Source: an uncultured Planctomycetaceae bacterium
GTDB taxonomy: Bacteria > Planctomycetota > Planctomycetia > Isosphaerales > Isosphaeraceae
Assembly (NCBI GenBank): GCA_963833985.1
Contig: CAWIAD010000002.1
Location: 3,392,001-3,456,000, forward strand
Length of the DNA stretch: 64,000 nucleotides
Direction: 5' to 3'
Below, in pieces: positions 10,048-21,081 of the stretch; the stretch's first letter is position 1, and each line of letters starts with the position of its first letter. The notes below the pieces were generated by a model. The model did no database searches. It saw only the letters and a list, made by a program, of their open reading frames with translations, and was not told where the DNA came from. The position numbers and the translations under genes are program-made.

Positions 10048-11996
10048 ATGGGCCGGCGACTTCTCATCATGATCGGTTGTGTGCTGGTCCTGACCGGGCC
10101 CCTGGCGCTCGGGCAGGAACCAAAGGCCGCGGACAGGTCGGCCGACTTCAGCGCGATGCCGATCACACCCTTGCCTCCGATCTCTCCCAGCGATGATGCC
10201 GCGCAGGATCCGAACGGAGCTGCGCCGGCATCGGCACCCGGCACCCTGCGCAGGTCTGCCGGCGGCGCCATGGAGGAGCCGGGTGATTTGCCGATCGTCA
10301 TCGGAGCAAAGCCGAGGACCGCGGCTGCGTCCCCGGCGGCGGGCGACAAAGGCACGCGCCGGCTGGTTCCCGCGCCGCGCGACGATGCGGTGCAGCGGGT
10401 TGCCGAACCGGCGGCCGCGGACGGTGCCAAGAGCGTTGCAAGCCCGCTTGCGCGGGCGGCCGCGCCGGCCGGGCAGGGGGGCGCGGCACCGCCTGAGGAA
10501 GAATCGGGCGAGGGTTCCAGCTTCGTCCTTCCACCCGACCGTCTCACGCTGGGCAAGCAGGAGGTGGTGCTGAGCGTCGACGTGCAGGCGCCGGCGAACA
10601 TGATTTTCAACCGCGACTCGATCGTCAAGATCGTCGTCAAGAACAGCGGCTCGACCGACGCGCAGGGCGTGATGGTGCGCGACCGGCTGCCGGCCGGATT
10701 GGCGTATGTCAGCAGCCAGCCGGCGGCCCAGCAGGTGGGTGAATCGCTGCTGAGCTGGCGTATCAGTGCCTTGCCCGCGGGTTCCGACCGGACCATCCTG
10801 CTCAAGGTCCGGCCGACGAAGACCGATGGCGCCTTCGACCACGCCGCGACGGTGACGTTCCAGGCCGGCAGCAAGGCCACCAGCCGGGTCCTGCGGCCGC
10901 GGCTCAAGCTCGAGGTGGTGCAGGCCCCCATCGAGGGCAAGGTGCTCAAGAACAAGACGGCCGAGTTCCGGATCGCGATCACGAACTCCGGCAACGGCCC
11001 GGCGCGGAACGTGATCGTCAAGGCCAAGCTGAGCGCGGGGCTGAGGCACGACACGGGCGAGCGCAACGAGGACAACAGCTTCGAGCTGCCGATCCAGGAG
11101 CTGCGCGCCGGCCAGCGTGAAGATCTGGACCCGCTCACCGTCGAGGCGATCCAGGGCGGCGACCAGACGTGCACGGTCACGGCCACCAGCGAGGATGTGG
11201 ACGTGGACAAGGAAGCGGCCGAGGTTGTTCGCAACGTCACGGTTGTCGAGCCCAAGCTGACCATGACCCTGACCGGCCCTGACAAGCGTTTCACCGATAC
11301 GATCGCCAACTATGCGATCGCGCTGGAGAACCCCGGCACAGCGCCGGCACGGAACGTCAAGGTGCTGGCGACCCTGGGCGTGAGCGGCCGGCTCATGGCC
11401 ATTCCGCAGGGAGCAAAGTACGACACGGCCTCGCGCCGGTTGCAATGGACCATTCCGCAGATCGATCCGGGTGAGAAGCCGCGCCCTTGATCTTCGAGGT
11501 GCGCATGGGCGGCATCAGCGCCTACGAGGTGCACGTGGAGTCGCGCTGCGACAACGTGGCAGCGCTCAAGGATCGCAAGATCACCGACGTGCAGGGCATG
11601 CCCGACGTCGACCTGGTGGTGCGCGAGCGGCGCAGGGTTGTCGATGTCGAAGGCACCACGACGTTCCAGATCCGCCTGCGCAACTACGGCACCAAGGAAG
11701 CCACGCGGCTGCTGGTCTCGGCCAAGCTGTCCGACAACTTCGAGGTGAAAGACACGGCGGGCGGCCCGGAGGGTCAGTCGTTCCAGAAGGGTGACCGGCT
11801 GCTCTTCCCGCTCATCGAGCGGCTCGGGCCGGGCAAGGAGATGGTCCTGGGCATCAAGGTCAAGGTGACCAAGTCGCAACCCAAGATCGGCACCTGCCGC
11901 GTCTTCTTGCAGCACGACGACCTCACCGAGCCGCTCGAAGACATGGCCGCGGTGAAGGTCACCGAATCGGCCCGCGGCGCCACCACCGGCCCGTGA
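10048..11996 (+). CDS. secreted DUF11-repeat (Ig-like) protein, frameshift at ~11487
   Basis: Signal peptide MGRRLLIMIGCVLVLTGPLALG; repeated I...N.G...A..V.V.D.LP modules continue in ORF 11487-11996; break at a C-run. Confidence 0.8.
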
Positions 11997-12194
11997 GCCG
12001 GGGCGGGGCAACAGGCCCCTGGATTGTGGGCCGATCCACGTTGCCCGGGCGCCGCGCGACCAGCCGAGGTTGGTTCGCCGCCGGTTTCACCTTAGAATCA
12101 ACGTGTCGGCCGTGCGCCCGGAAGCCAGCGCCAGGGTCGCCTTTGCCTGGCTGTGCTTCCGGCGATCGCTTCGCTCATGATGCAGGGACACTCG

Positions 12195-14702
12195 ATGCAG
12201 CAACCGAGATTCGCCAGGTTCGCCTTCGACTGCCGGTTGAACGTTGCGGTCTGCGTCCTGCTCGCTCTGGCCGGCACAATGGGCCGGGGCAGCGATGCGG
12301 GCGCCCAGGAGCCTGCCGGCAAGGACGCTCGGCCCACCAACAGGCTGAGCAAGGAAACCAGCCCCTACCTGCTCTTGCACGCGCACAACCCGGTGGACTG
12401 GTATCCCTGGGGACCGGAGGCGTTCGCCAGGGCGAAGGCGGAAAACAAGCCGGTCTTCCTGTCCATTGGCTACAGCTCCTGCTACTGGTGCCACGTGATG
12501 GAGCGCGAGAGCTTCTCTGACGCGGAGATTGCCCGGTTCCTGAACGAGCACTTCGTGTGCATCAAGGTGGACCGCGAGGAGCGCCCGGACGTTGACCAGA
12601 TCTACATGGCCGCGCTCCAGGCGTTCAGCACCGGCGGCTGGCCGATGTCGATGTTCCTCCTGCCTGACGGCCGCCCGTTCTACGGCGAGACCTATCTGCC
12701 GCCTCGCGACCACCAGGGATTCGCCGGCTTGCTGAGCGTGCTCAAAGGAATCGTCAAGTCCTGGCGCGAGGAACGTGCGGAGATTGACCGGTCGGCGGCC
12801 GGGCTGACCGAGATCGTCCGCCGCAAGCTGGCGAGCCCGGCCAATCGCAAGAAGCCGGAGCTCTCGCCCGCCCTGGCCGCCTCCGGGCGCGAAGCCCTGG
12901 CCGAGCAGTTCGATCCCGAGTTCGGAGGTTTCGGCTTCAGCGCGGCGAACCCGCGCCGGCCCAAGTTCCCCGAGCCCGCCAACCTCGTCTTCCTGCTCGA
13001 CCAGGAGCGCCGGGATGCAGCCAGAAGCGGCGCAAGCAAACCGTCCACCAGCAGGCCCGCGCGAAACGACCCTCTGTTCATGGCACTCTTCACCCTCGAC
13101 CGCATGGCGCGGGGAGGGATTCGAGATCAGCTCGCCGGCGGCTATCACCGCTACGCCACCAGCCGCTACTGGATCGTGCCGCACTTCGAGAAGATGCTGT
13201 ATGACAACGCCCAGCTCGCCTCGGTTCACCTGATGGCGTTTGAGCGCACTGGCGATCTCCGCTGGCGACGGGAGGCCGAGGCCACCTTCGCCTTTGTGGC
13301 CCGGACGATGACCGCGCCGCAGGGGGGCTTCTACTCCTCGCTCGACGCCGAGTCGGCCGATGGCGAGGGGGCCTATTACGTCTGGACGCGCGAGGAGGTC
13401 AAGGACGCGCTCGGCAGCGGACCCGAGGCCGAGGCTTTCTTGCAGGTTTACGGGCTGAAAAGGGAGCCGAATTTCGAGCATGGCCGCTACGTTCTGCTCC
13501 AGCCCAGACCACTCGCGGAACAGGCCGGCAAGCTGCAAACCACGCCGGCCAGGCTCGAAGAACAACTCGCCCCGCTCCGCGCCCGCCTGCTCGCGGCGCG
13601 CGCCAGCCGCCAGGCCCCGCGCTGCGACGACAAGATCATCACCGCCTGGAACGGACTGATGATCGCCGCCTATGCCGACGGCTATCGCGTTCTCAAGAAC
13701 GAACAATATCGCCGCGCCGCCGAGAACTGCGCCGGGTTCCTGCTGGAGAAGCTGCGCGAGCCCGGCGGACGGCTGCTCAGGACCTACCGCGCAGGCAGCG
13801 CCAGATTGCCCGCTTACCTGGAGGATTATGCGTTCCTGGTCCACGGGCTGCTGCGGCTGCACGCGGCCACGGGGCAGTCGCGCTGGCTCGACGAGGCGCG
13901 GACCCTGGCCGATCGCATGGTCGCCGACTTCTTCGATACCAGGCAAGGCGGTTTCTTCTTCACGGCCGGCGATCATGAGAGCCTGCTCGCCCGTCCCAAG
14001 GACCTGTACGACGGCGCACTGCCCAGCGGCAACAGCGCAGCGGTGCTCGACCTCGTGGCCCTGGCCCGCGCCACGCGTGAGCCGCGCTACCTGGAGCCGG
14101 CCCGGCGCACGCTCGAGGCCCTCGGCTCGGCCATGCAACAGAACCCCGCCGCCATGCCGCTCCTGCTGGTCGGCTTGCAAGACTACCTCGACGCGCGGGG
14201 CAGCGCGGTTGTGCCCAGGCCGGACGGAGGCGGGTCGGAGCCCGCGGCGCGGGCGGGCCCTTCCCATGTCAAGGCCACCGCGCGGTGGCTTGACACCCGT
14301 TCGCCGTCCACCAGCGGCTTGCTGCGCGCGGTCGTCTCCCTGGAGATCGAGCCGGGCTGGCACATCTACGCCAACCCGGCCGGCGACCCGCTCATGAAGC
14401 CGACGTCGCTGACGCTCAACGAGGGAACGTCCGCGGCGAAGCTCACTGTCGAGTATCCCCCAGGGAAAACCGGTCCAGGCGGTACACCGGACGCGCGGCC
14501 GCCGCTGGTCTACGAGGGGAAAGTCGAACTGCCGATCCGCCTCTCTTTGACCTCCGAAGGCTTGTCGTCCAACCTGACGCTGCGGTTGAAGCTCGGTTTT
14601 CAGGCTTGCGACGACGGCGTCTGCCTTCCCCCGGCAAGCCTGATGGTCCCCCTGGAAGTGTCTTCTCTGCCGCAAGCCCGTCCCGCGGAGAGCCGGCCAT
14701 GA
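12195..14702 (+). CDS. YyaL/SSP411-type thioredoxin-domain (DUF255) protein with C-terminal DsbD-N-like domain
   Basis: [57 protein letters not shown]-terminal [10 protein letters not shown]...[11 protein letters not shown]. Start codon uncertain. Confidence 0.92.
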   Translation: MQQPRFARFAFDCRLNVAVCVLLALAGTMGRGSDAGAQEPAGKDARPTNRLSKETSPYLLLHAHNPVDWYPWGPEAFARAKAENKPVFLSIGYSSCYWCHVMERESFSDAEIARFLNEHFVCIKVDREERPDVDQIYMAALQAFSTGGWPMSMFLLPDGRPFYGETYLPPRDHQGFAGLLSVLKGIVKSWREERAEIDRSAAGLTEIVRRKLASPANRKKPELSPALAASGREALAEQFDPEFGGFGFSAANPRRPKFPEPANLVFLLDQERRDAARSGASKPSTSRPARNDPLFMALFTLDRMARGGIRDQLAGGYHRYATSRYWIVPHFEKMLYDNAQLASVHLMAFERTGDLRWRREAEATFAFVARTMTAPQGGFYSSLDAESADGEGAYYVWTREEVKDALGSGPEAEAFLQVYGLKREPNFEHGRYVLLQPRPLAEQAGKLQTTPARLEEQLAPLRARLLAARASRQAPRCDDKIITAWNGLMIAAYADGYRVLKNEQYRRAAENCAGFLLEKLREPGGRLLRTYRAGSARLPAYLEDYAFLVHGLLRLHAATGQSRWLDEARTLADRMVADFFDTRQGGFFFTAGDHESLLARPKDLYDGALPSGNSAAVLDLVALARATREPRYLEPARRTLEALGSAMQQNPAAMPLLLVGLQDYLDARGSAVVPRPDGGGSEPAARAGPSHVKATARWLDTRSPSTSGLLRAVVSLEIEPGWHIYANPAGDPLMKPTSLTLNEGTSAAKLTVEYPPGKTGPGGTPDARPPLVYEGKVELPIRLSLTSEGLSSNLTLRLKLGFQACDDGVCLPPASLMVPLEVSSLPQARPAESRP

Positions 14703-15310
14703 GCACCGTGACAAGAATCCGCATCGGCCCCGCCGACCAGGGACGCGCCATGAGCCTGGCGGAGTTCGAGCACGCCGAGACCGAGGGAGGCCGGCTCTTC
14801 GAGCTGGGCAGGGGAATTGTCGCCATGGTCGATGTACCGAAACCGGGCCATTTCAAGCTTGTCGACGCGATCCGCGAGCAATTCTCGGAACTTCGCAAGC
14901 AGCGGCCCCAGCTCATTTATGGTGTCGCAGGGGGTGCGGAGTGCAAGCTGCTGATCTCGGACCTGGAATCGGAACGGCATCCCGACCTGGCCGTCTACAA
15001 GACGCCGCCTCCGGAGGCAGAGAGCGACGATGAAATCTGGTCGCAGTGGGTTCCCGAGATCGTCATCGAGGTGGTCTCGGCCAGCTCTCGCCAGCGCGAT
15101 TACCACGAGAAGCCGGAGGACTACCTGCGCCTCGGCGTGATCGAATACTGGATCGTCGATGCCGACGAGGGGTTCATGAAGGTCCTGCGGCGCTCGCGGG
15201 GCCGGTGGGCCGAGCAGGCCGTGCGCCCTCCCGCTCTTTACCGGACGCGGCTGCTGCCCGGATTCGAGTTCTCCATCGAGGCCGTCTTCCATGCCGCACG
15301 CGGTTCCTGA
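14699..15310 (+). CDS. Uma2-family endonuclease, copy 1
   Basis: ELGRGIVAM...RHPDLAVY...[34 protein letters not shown]. Confidence 0.92.
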   Translation: MSTVTRIRIGPADQGRAMSLAEFEHAETEGGRLFELGRGIVAMVDVPKPGHFKLVDAIREQFSELRKQRPQLIYGVAGGAECKLLISDLESERHPDLAVYKTPPPEAESDDEIWSQWVPEIVIEVVSASSRQRDYHEKPEDYLRLGVIEYWIVDADEGFMKVLRRSRGRWAEQAVRPPALYRTRLLPGFEFSIEAVFHAARGS

Positions 15311-15423
15311 AAGGTGAAGCTCGATTTCCAGGCTTGCGGCGAACGCGTCTGCCTTCCGGCAAGCTTGATGGTTCCCCTGGAAGTGTCTTCTCTGCCCCAA
15401 GCCCGTCCCGCGGAGAGCCGGCC

Positions 15424-16035
15424 ATGAGCACCGTGACGAGAATCCGCATCGGCCCCTCTGACCAGGGACGCGCCATGAGCCTGGCGGAGTTCGAGCACGC
15501 CGAGACCGAGGGAGGCCGGCTCTTCGAGCTGGGCAGGGGAATTGTCGCCATGGTCGATGTGCCGAAACCTTATCACCTGGCCATGATTCACGCGATACGC
15601 CGCCAGCTTCACGAGTACGACGCAGCCAAACCCGGTCGCATTCACACCATCGCTGCCGGCGGCGAGTGCAAGCTGCTGATCTCTGACCTGGAATCGGAAC
15701 GGCATCCCGACCTGGCCGTCTACAAGACGCCGCCTCCGGAGGCAGAGAGCGACGATGAAATCTGGTCGCAGTGGGTTCCCGAGATCGTCATCGAGGTGGT
15801 CTCGGCCAGCTCTCGCCAGCGCGATTACCACGAGAAGCCGGAGGACTACCTGCGCCTCGGCGTGATCGAATACTGGATCGTCGATGCCGACGAGGGGTTC
15901 ATGAAGGTCCTGCGGCGCTCGCGGGGCCGGTGGGCCGAGCAGGCCGTGCGCCCTCCCGCTTTATACCGGACGCGGCTGCTGCCCGGATTCGAGTTCTCCA
16001 TCGAGGCCGTCTTCCATGCCGCACGCGGTTCCTGA
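15424..16035 (+). CDS. Uma2-family endonuclease, copy 2
   Basis: Same length (612 nt) and near-identical to copy 1 except for a ~95-nt internal block. Confidence 0.92.
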   Translation: MSTVTRIRIGPSDQGRAMSLAEFEHAETEGGRLFELGRGIVAMVDVPKPYHLAMIHAIRRQLHEYDAAKPGRIHTIAAGGECKLLISDLESERHPDLAVYKTPPPEAESDDEIWSQWVPEIVIEVVSASSRQRDYHEKPEDYLRLGVIEYWIVDADEGFMKVLRRSRGRWAEQAVRPPALYRTRLLPGFEFSIEAVFHAARGS

Positions 16036-17811
16036 AAGCGGCGCAGTTCCGCAAAGCGGTGTGGTTCCGGAAAGCGGCTCGGTACCAGAAAGCGGCAAGT
16101 CCGGAAGCCCGGCACTCTCACGATCCAGGCTCGCCGCCGTCTGGCTGCGCAGGCTTGCACTCGCCGTTCCCATCGCCTTGCTCATCCTGACCATGATCGT
16201 GTTGCCGGGATGGATTCCCTTGCTCCCGCGGACGCTCTTGCGAGCCGCGACAGAACTATTTCTGCGTGGCGTGCTGCTCTCGTATGCCGCACTTCTGGTC
16301 GCGGGGATTGCCGGCCTGCCGGTCGCCGCCTGGCTCTGGGCCAGGTCGCTGCGGCGTGCGCGGCGACGCGCCTGGATCGACCGCCTGTTCCTGACCTGTC
16401 TCTCGTGCCTGCTCGCACTGGTGGTTCTGGAGGTGGGATCGTTCGCCTGGCGGAGCTGGATGCACCGGCTTCCGGCCATGCCGTACCGCTTTGCCGAGCA
16501 GCCCCGGGAAGTACCAGGATCGTCGTGCTCGGAGGCTCCAGCGCCCTGGGCGAGCCTTTCAGGCCCTGGATCTCGGTCGGCCAGATCGTGGCCTGGCGAT
16601 TGCAGGAGGCCCTGCCCGCGCGATCCGTCGAGCTCGATATCCTGGCGTTCCTGGGCGACTCGCTGGAACAGCAACACAGGAAGTTGAGCAGCATCACCCG
16701 GCGGCCCGACGTGGTGATCATCTACTCGGGCCATAACGAGTTCACGGCCCGGTTCGAGGAAGACCGGGGCGACGCCGTCGCGGAGGAGCCAGGGCTCTGG
16801 TGGCTCCAGGCGTTCTACCGCCAGAGCCTGCATTCGTCCTTCTGCCGGCTGGTCTACGAGCTGGTGAGCAAGAACCGGCTGGACAGTCCGCCGCCCTTGA
16901 AAGGCCGCCATCAGCTCATCGATCCGCCGCTTTGCAGCCCGAGTGAAAGGGCCGAGGTGCTGGCCAACTTCCGGCTTCGCCTGGAAGCGCTGGCCTCCTA
17001 CTGCGAGCAGATCAGCGCCCTGCCCATCCTTATCATCCCGCCGGCGAACGAGGCGGATTACGAGCCCAGCCGTTCGGTCTTGCCGGCGTGGACCTCCGCG
17101 GAGCAGCGGACGCGCCTGGCGAACGAATTCGGCGCGGTGCGCAGCGTCGAGCCGGCAGATCCGGCCCGCGCCGAGTCGCTCTATCGGGCGATCCTTGATC
17201 GTCATCCGGGCTTTGCCGAGGCCCATTACCGGCTCGGTCGGCTCTTGACGCGGTCGGGCCGGAGCGGCGAGGCGCGCAGTCATTTCAACCTGGCACTCGA
17301 GCATGACGGCTTGCCGAACCGCTGCAAGGCCGAGTTCCGCCAGGTCTACACCGATGTCGCGGCACGCCATCCGCGCTGCATCCTGATTGATGGGCGGCAG
17401 GAGCTGATGGCCGCAAGCCCGACGGGGCTGCTCGACGACAACCTACTGGAGGATACGCACCATCCGAATCTGAAGGGCCAGATGGTGATCGCGGGGGCCG
17501 TGCTGCGGGAGCTCGACGCCCGGCAGGCGTTTGGCACCAAGAAGCTTGCTCATCCCCTGGGCCCGCGGGAATGCCGCGACCATTTTCAACTTGACGGTGC
17601 GCGGCTGGCCGCGGCCTGCGAGCGCACGAGCGTGCATTATCGCCGCGTGGCGGGCTATCGTTATGATCCCGCGGAACGGCTGGAAAAGTCGCGTGTCTTC
17701 GGCGAGGCCGCTCGTCAGCTCCGCGCCGGGGCGGAACCCGAGCAGGTCGGCCTGCCCGGCTTCGACTTTCGCCAGATCGCGTCTGCAACGGCCCCCGCAT
17801 CGGGCCATTGA
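16016..17811 (+). CDS. membrane-anchored SGNH/GDSL-like protein with TPR, frameshift at ~16505
   Basis: N-terminal TM helices (ORF 16016-16687) continue into RIVVLGGSSALGEP...IIYSGHNEF...FAEAHYRLG...DTHHPN (ORF to 17811). Confidence 0.75.
16027..16106. repeat. 18-bp degenerate tandem repeat x4 (encodes VP[E/Q]SG[A/V/S/K])
   Basis: ggttcctgaaagcggcgc / agttccgcaaagcggtgt / ggttccggaaagcggctc / ggtaccagaaagcggcaa. Confidence 0.75.
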
Positions 17812-17865
17812 ATGATGATGCAGACGTGGGCGAACGGGTTCGAGACCGTGGTTGCAACAGGCAGC

Positions 17866-18438
17866 TCACTCGTCGATCTGCTCGACCTGCCAGTCCTGGA
17901 GGTCCACGGTCGCGCCGCGGCCGAGGAAGTGGACGACTGCCACGAGCTGGTCCTTCTTACCGCGCCTGATGACGGTTCCCTCGATGCCGGTCAGGGGCCC
18001 CGTGGTGACCCGAACCCGAGCGCCAACGGGTACGGCCGGCTCGGGCAGCACGGCAAGGCCGGAGCCGAGCATCGTGTGAATCTGCCGCAGGTCTCGCTCC
18101 AGTGCAGCCTGGTCCTGAACCTCCAGGACGTTCACCAGGCGGTTGCCCTGCAAGGCGGTCAGGCGGGCGTTGCGGTCGCCGAGCAGGAACAGATAACCTG
18201 GAAAGAGTGGGATTACTGAACGGATCTTCCGTCCCTGGGGCGTGCGATCTTCCTTGACGACCTGGGGCAGGAAAAAGCTGATGGCCTGCTTGCGGAGCTC
18301 ACGCCCGGTGGCTTTCTCCTGGCGCGGGCGAGCATGCAAGCACCACCAGACGGCCTCCGGGCTGTTCCGGGGAACGCCTGCCGGTTGGTCCCACAGGTCG
18401 GGCGGAAAGAAGTCGGGTTCGGCGGGCAGGATCGGCAT
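17866..18438 (-). CDS. NusG paralogue (RfaH/UpxY-like antiterminator)
   Basis: WWCLHARPRQEK...PLFPGYLF (NGN domain) and GARVRVTTGPLTGIEG (KOW). Confidence 0.9.
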   Translation of the reverse strand: MPILPAEPDFFPPDLWDQPAGVPRNSPEAVWWCLHARPRQEKATGRELRKQAISFFLPQVVKEDRTPQGRKIRSVIPLFPGYLFLLGDRNARLTALQGNRLVNVLEVQDQAALERDLRQIHTMLGSGLAVLPEPAVPVGARVRVTTGPLTGIEGTVIRRGKKDQLVAVVHFLGRGATVDLQDWQVEQIDE

Positions 18439-18623
18439 GAGTCGCTCGATCAGGGGTGACGCCAGCATCCCGGCGAGCACGGCCTCAGCGAAGACAGGCG
18501 CCGCCCGGCATCAAGACAGCGCAACGTACGAGGTGAGCATACTTCAGTTTCGTGTGTTCGTCGAGAAGTCAGTACGCCAGCGCTCTCCTGGAAACAAGGT
18601 TTGAACCACAGTTGAATGCGATC

Positions 18624-19502
18624 ATGCAGGGTCTTTTGAATCTGAACAAGCCATCGGGGATGACGTCGCGTGCCGCGCTCGATCAGGCGGTGCGCTGGTT
18701 TCCTCGGAAACTGAAGGCGGGACACACCGGCACGCTCGATCCGTTGGCCTCGGGCGTGCTGGTGCTGGCGCTCGGGTCCGCCACGAGGCTCGTCGACCTG
18801 GTGCAGCGCATGCCCAAGCTGTACCGCACACGCATTCTCCTGGGCGCGAGGAGTGACACTCTCGACGCCGACGGGCGTGTGGAGAACGTCTCCATTCCCG
18901 TCATTCCAGACGTGGAGAGTATTCGCCAGGTTCTCGCCGGCCAGGTCGGCGAGATTCTTCAGCGCCCGCCCGCGTTCTCGGCGGTGAAGGTGAATGGCCG
19001 GCGCGCTTACGACCTGGCCCGAGCGGGTCAGGCGGTGGAGATTTCTCCCAGGCCCGTACGCATCGACCGTATTGAGGTGCTGAGCTATACCTGGCCGCTG
19101 CTGGAGCTCGAGGTGGAGTGCGGTGGCGGGACGTATATCCGTTCCATTGCGCGCGACCTGGGCGACGCGCTGGGATGCGGAGGGCTGGTGCAGACGCTGG
19201 TGCGTACCCGGATTGGCCCGTTCACGCTCGGCGACGCGCTCGATCTCGCAGAGGTCAACCATGATACGCTGATTGCCCGTCTCCTCCCCGCCCGGTCTGC
19301 AACGGCGAACCTGCCGAGCATTTCCCTCGACGAGGACCAGACCCGCTCCGTCAGCCAGGGACGAGCGCTCGACGCGGCGAGCCTGTTCCCAGGTTCGGTC
19401 CCGCAAGGAGAGATTGCTCTGCTGGACGCACAGGGACGGCTGCTGGGCCTTGGCGAGTGCGACGGCGTGCGGTGGATTCATCCCCGCAAGGTGCTGGTGT
19501 GA
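18624..19502 (+). CDS. truB: tRNA pseudouridine(55) synthase
   Basis: LNKPSGMTS, KAGHTGTLDPLASGVL, PPAFSAVKVNGRRAY, CGGGTYIRSIARDLG. Confidence 0.97.
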   Translation: MQGLLNLNKPSGMTSRAALDQAVRWFPRKLKAGHTGTLDPLASGVLVLALGSATRLVDLVQRMPKLYRTRILLGARSDTLDADGRVENVSIPVIPDVESIRQVLAGQVGEILQRPPAFSAVKVNGRRAYDLARAGQAVEISPRPVRIDRIEVLSYTWPLLELEVECGGGTYIRSIARDLGDALGCGGLVQTLVRTRIGPFTLGDALDLAEVNHDTLIARLLPARSATANLPSISLDEDQTRSVSQGRALDAASLFPGSVPQGEIALLDAQGRLLGLGECDGVRWIHPRKVLV

Positions 19503-19725
19503 AACCCGGAACAGTCCCAGCCCGAGCCGGGCCGCGAACCTGCTCGGCAAGCGTGTGTCCATTGCGGTGCGGGCCACGGAGCGCGGTTCCGGCCCGGCAG
19601 GGTTCCGGTCCGGTCCTGCCTTCTGCCCTCCTGTCCCGAGTCTTTGTTTCTTCGTTGACCTGAACATCGGGGCGTCATAGAATTTGGGCGAGCCGGGTGA
19701 GCGTTGCCTTCCCGTCAACCCTCAG

Positions 19726-21051
19726 ATGGAAACGAGGTCCAATCTTATCTTGATCGATACAAAACGAAGCGAGCGTTTGGAACGCCCTGAACGCACCATC
19801 CTCGTGGGTGTGATTCTGCCGGATCACGACACCACCCAGGACGACCCGCTCGACGAGATCCGCGGGCTGGCCAAGACCGCCGGCCTTCATGTCATTGGCA
19901 CCATGCTCCAGAAGCGGCAGCAAATCGACATCGCGACGTATATCGGCTCCGGCAAGGTGCAGGAGCTCAAGGAGCTGGTGCAGGCGCACGAGGCCGACGT
20001 GGTTGTCTTCGACAACGACCTGGGCCCTGCACAGATGCGCAACCTGGAGCGGGCCATCGAGGTCAAGGTCGTGGACCGCACCGAGGTCATCCTGGACATC
20101 TTTGCCACCCACGCGCGGACGCACGAGGCGCATCTTCAGGTGGAGCTGGCCCAGCTTGAATACGCCATGCCCCGCCTCAAGCGGATGTGGACGCACCTGT
20201 CACGGTACAAGGGCGGAATTGGCGTCCGCGGGCCTGGCGAGAAGCAGCTCGAGGAAGACCGCCGGCTGGTCGCCCACCGGATCCAGGAGCTGAAGACGAA
20301 GCTGGCGCGGATCCAGGCGCGGAAGGAGCGCGAGGTCGCCGGACGGGCCGACATCCCGACCGTCTCCCTGGTCGGCTACACCAACGCCGGCAAGAGCACG
20401 CTCATGAATGCGCTCACCGGCGCCGGGGTGCTGGTCGAGGACAAGCTCTTCGCCACGCTCGACACCCGCACGCGGAAGTGGCGGTTCCAGGGAGGCGGCC
20501 AGGCCCTGCTCTCGGACACCGTCGGCTTCATTCGCAACCTGCCGCACGCTCTGGTGGCGTCGTTCAAGGCGACACTCGAGGAGGCCAGGCAGGCCGACCT
20601 TTTGCTGCACGTCGTGGACGCTTCCAGCCCCGAGGCCGAAGCCCAGGTGAAGGCCGTTGTGGATGTGCTGGCCGAGCTCGGACTGGAGGATCACCCCACG
20701 CTCCTGGTGCTGAACAAGGCTGACCGCATCAAGGATCACTCGTTCCTTCATGTGCTGCGAGCGCACCACCGTGACTCGGTGACCATCAGTGCGGCCCGGG
20801 GTGAGGGTCTCGATGACCTGGAGCGGGCCGTACGCGAGGCGCTGCTCGAGCATGCGCTCGACGCCGAGGTGGAGACCGGTGTGGCCAACGGCCGCGTGCT
20901 GGCCTACCTGGCCCAGCACGCGCAGATCTGGGATCGCACGTACGACCAGGATCGCGTGCTGTTGCAGTGCCGCATCCCGCGCCGCTGTCTCGATTTCCTC
21001 CAGGAAAACGGTGTCGCCGTGCGGGCCAACGGGCAAAGGATGTATGCCTGA
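19726..21051 (+). CDS. hflX: ribosome-splitting GTPase HflX
   Basis: YIGSGK, ILDIFATHART.EA.LQVELAQL, GPGEKQLEEDRR, GYTNAGKST, DKLFATLD, DTVGF, NKAD. The start may instead be TTG at 19750. Confidence 0.97.
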   Translation: METRSNLILIDTKRSERLERPERTILVGVILPDHDTTQDDPLDEIRGLAKTAGLHVIGTMLQKRQQIDIATYIGSGKVQELKELVQAHEADVVVFDNDLGPAQMRNLERAIEVKVVDRTEVILDIFATHARTHEAHLQVELAQLEYAMPRLKRMWTHLSRYKGGIGVRGPGEKQLEEDRRLVAHRIQELKTKLARIQARKEREVAGRADIPTVSLVGYTNAGKSTLMNALTGAGVLVEDKLFATLDTRTRKWRFQGGGQALLSDTVGFIRNLPHALVASFKATLEEARQADLLLHVVDASSPEAEAQVKAVVDVLAELGLEDHPTLLVLNKADRIKDHSFLHVLRAHHRDSVTISAARGEGLDDLERAVREALLEHALDAEVETGVANGRVLAYLAQHAQIWDRTYDQDRVLLQCRIPRRCLDFLQENGVAVRANGQRMYA

Positions 21052-21081
21052 GCTGAGAGCCGTTGCCGCTGGCAACTCTCC

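Larger units (their letters stand above)
14587..16039. repeat. ~725-bp tandem duplication (3' end of the YyaL gene plus the whole Uma2 gene)
   Basis: 14587-15313 aligns with 15315-16039; the two Uma2 start codons are 725 nt apart. Confidence 0.93.

Noticed and set aside
14845..15663. Diversity-generating retroelement TR/VR pair in the Uma2 duplicates
   Set aside because: Differences are not adenine-specific and no reverse transcriptase is recognised in the window.
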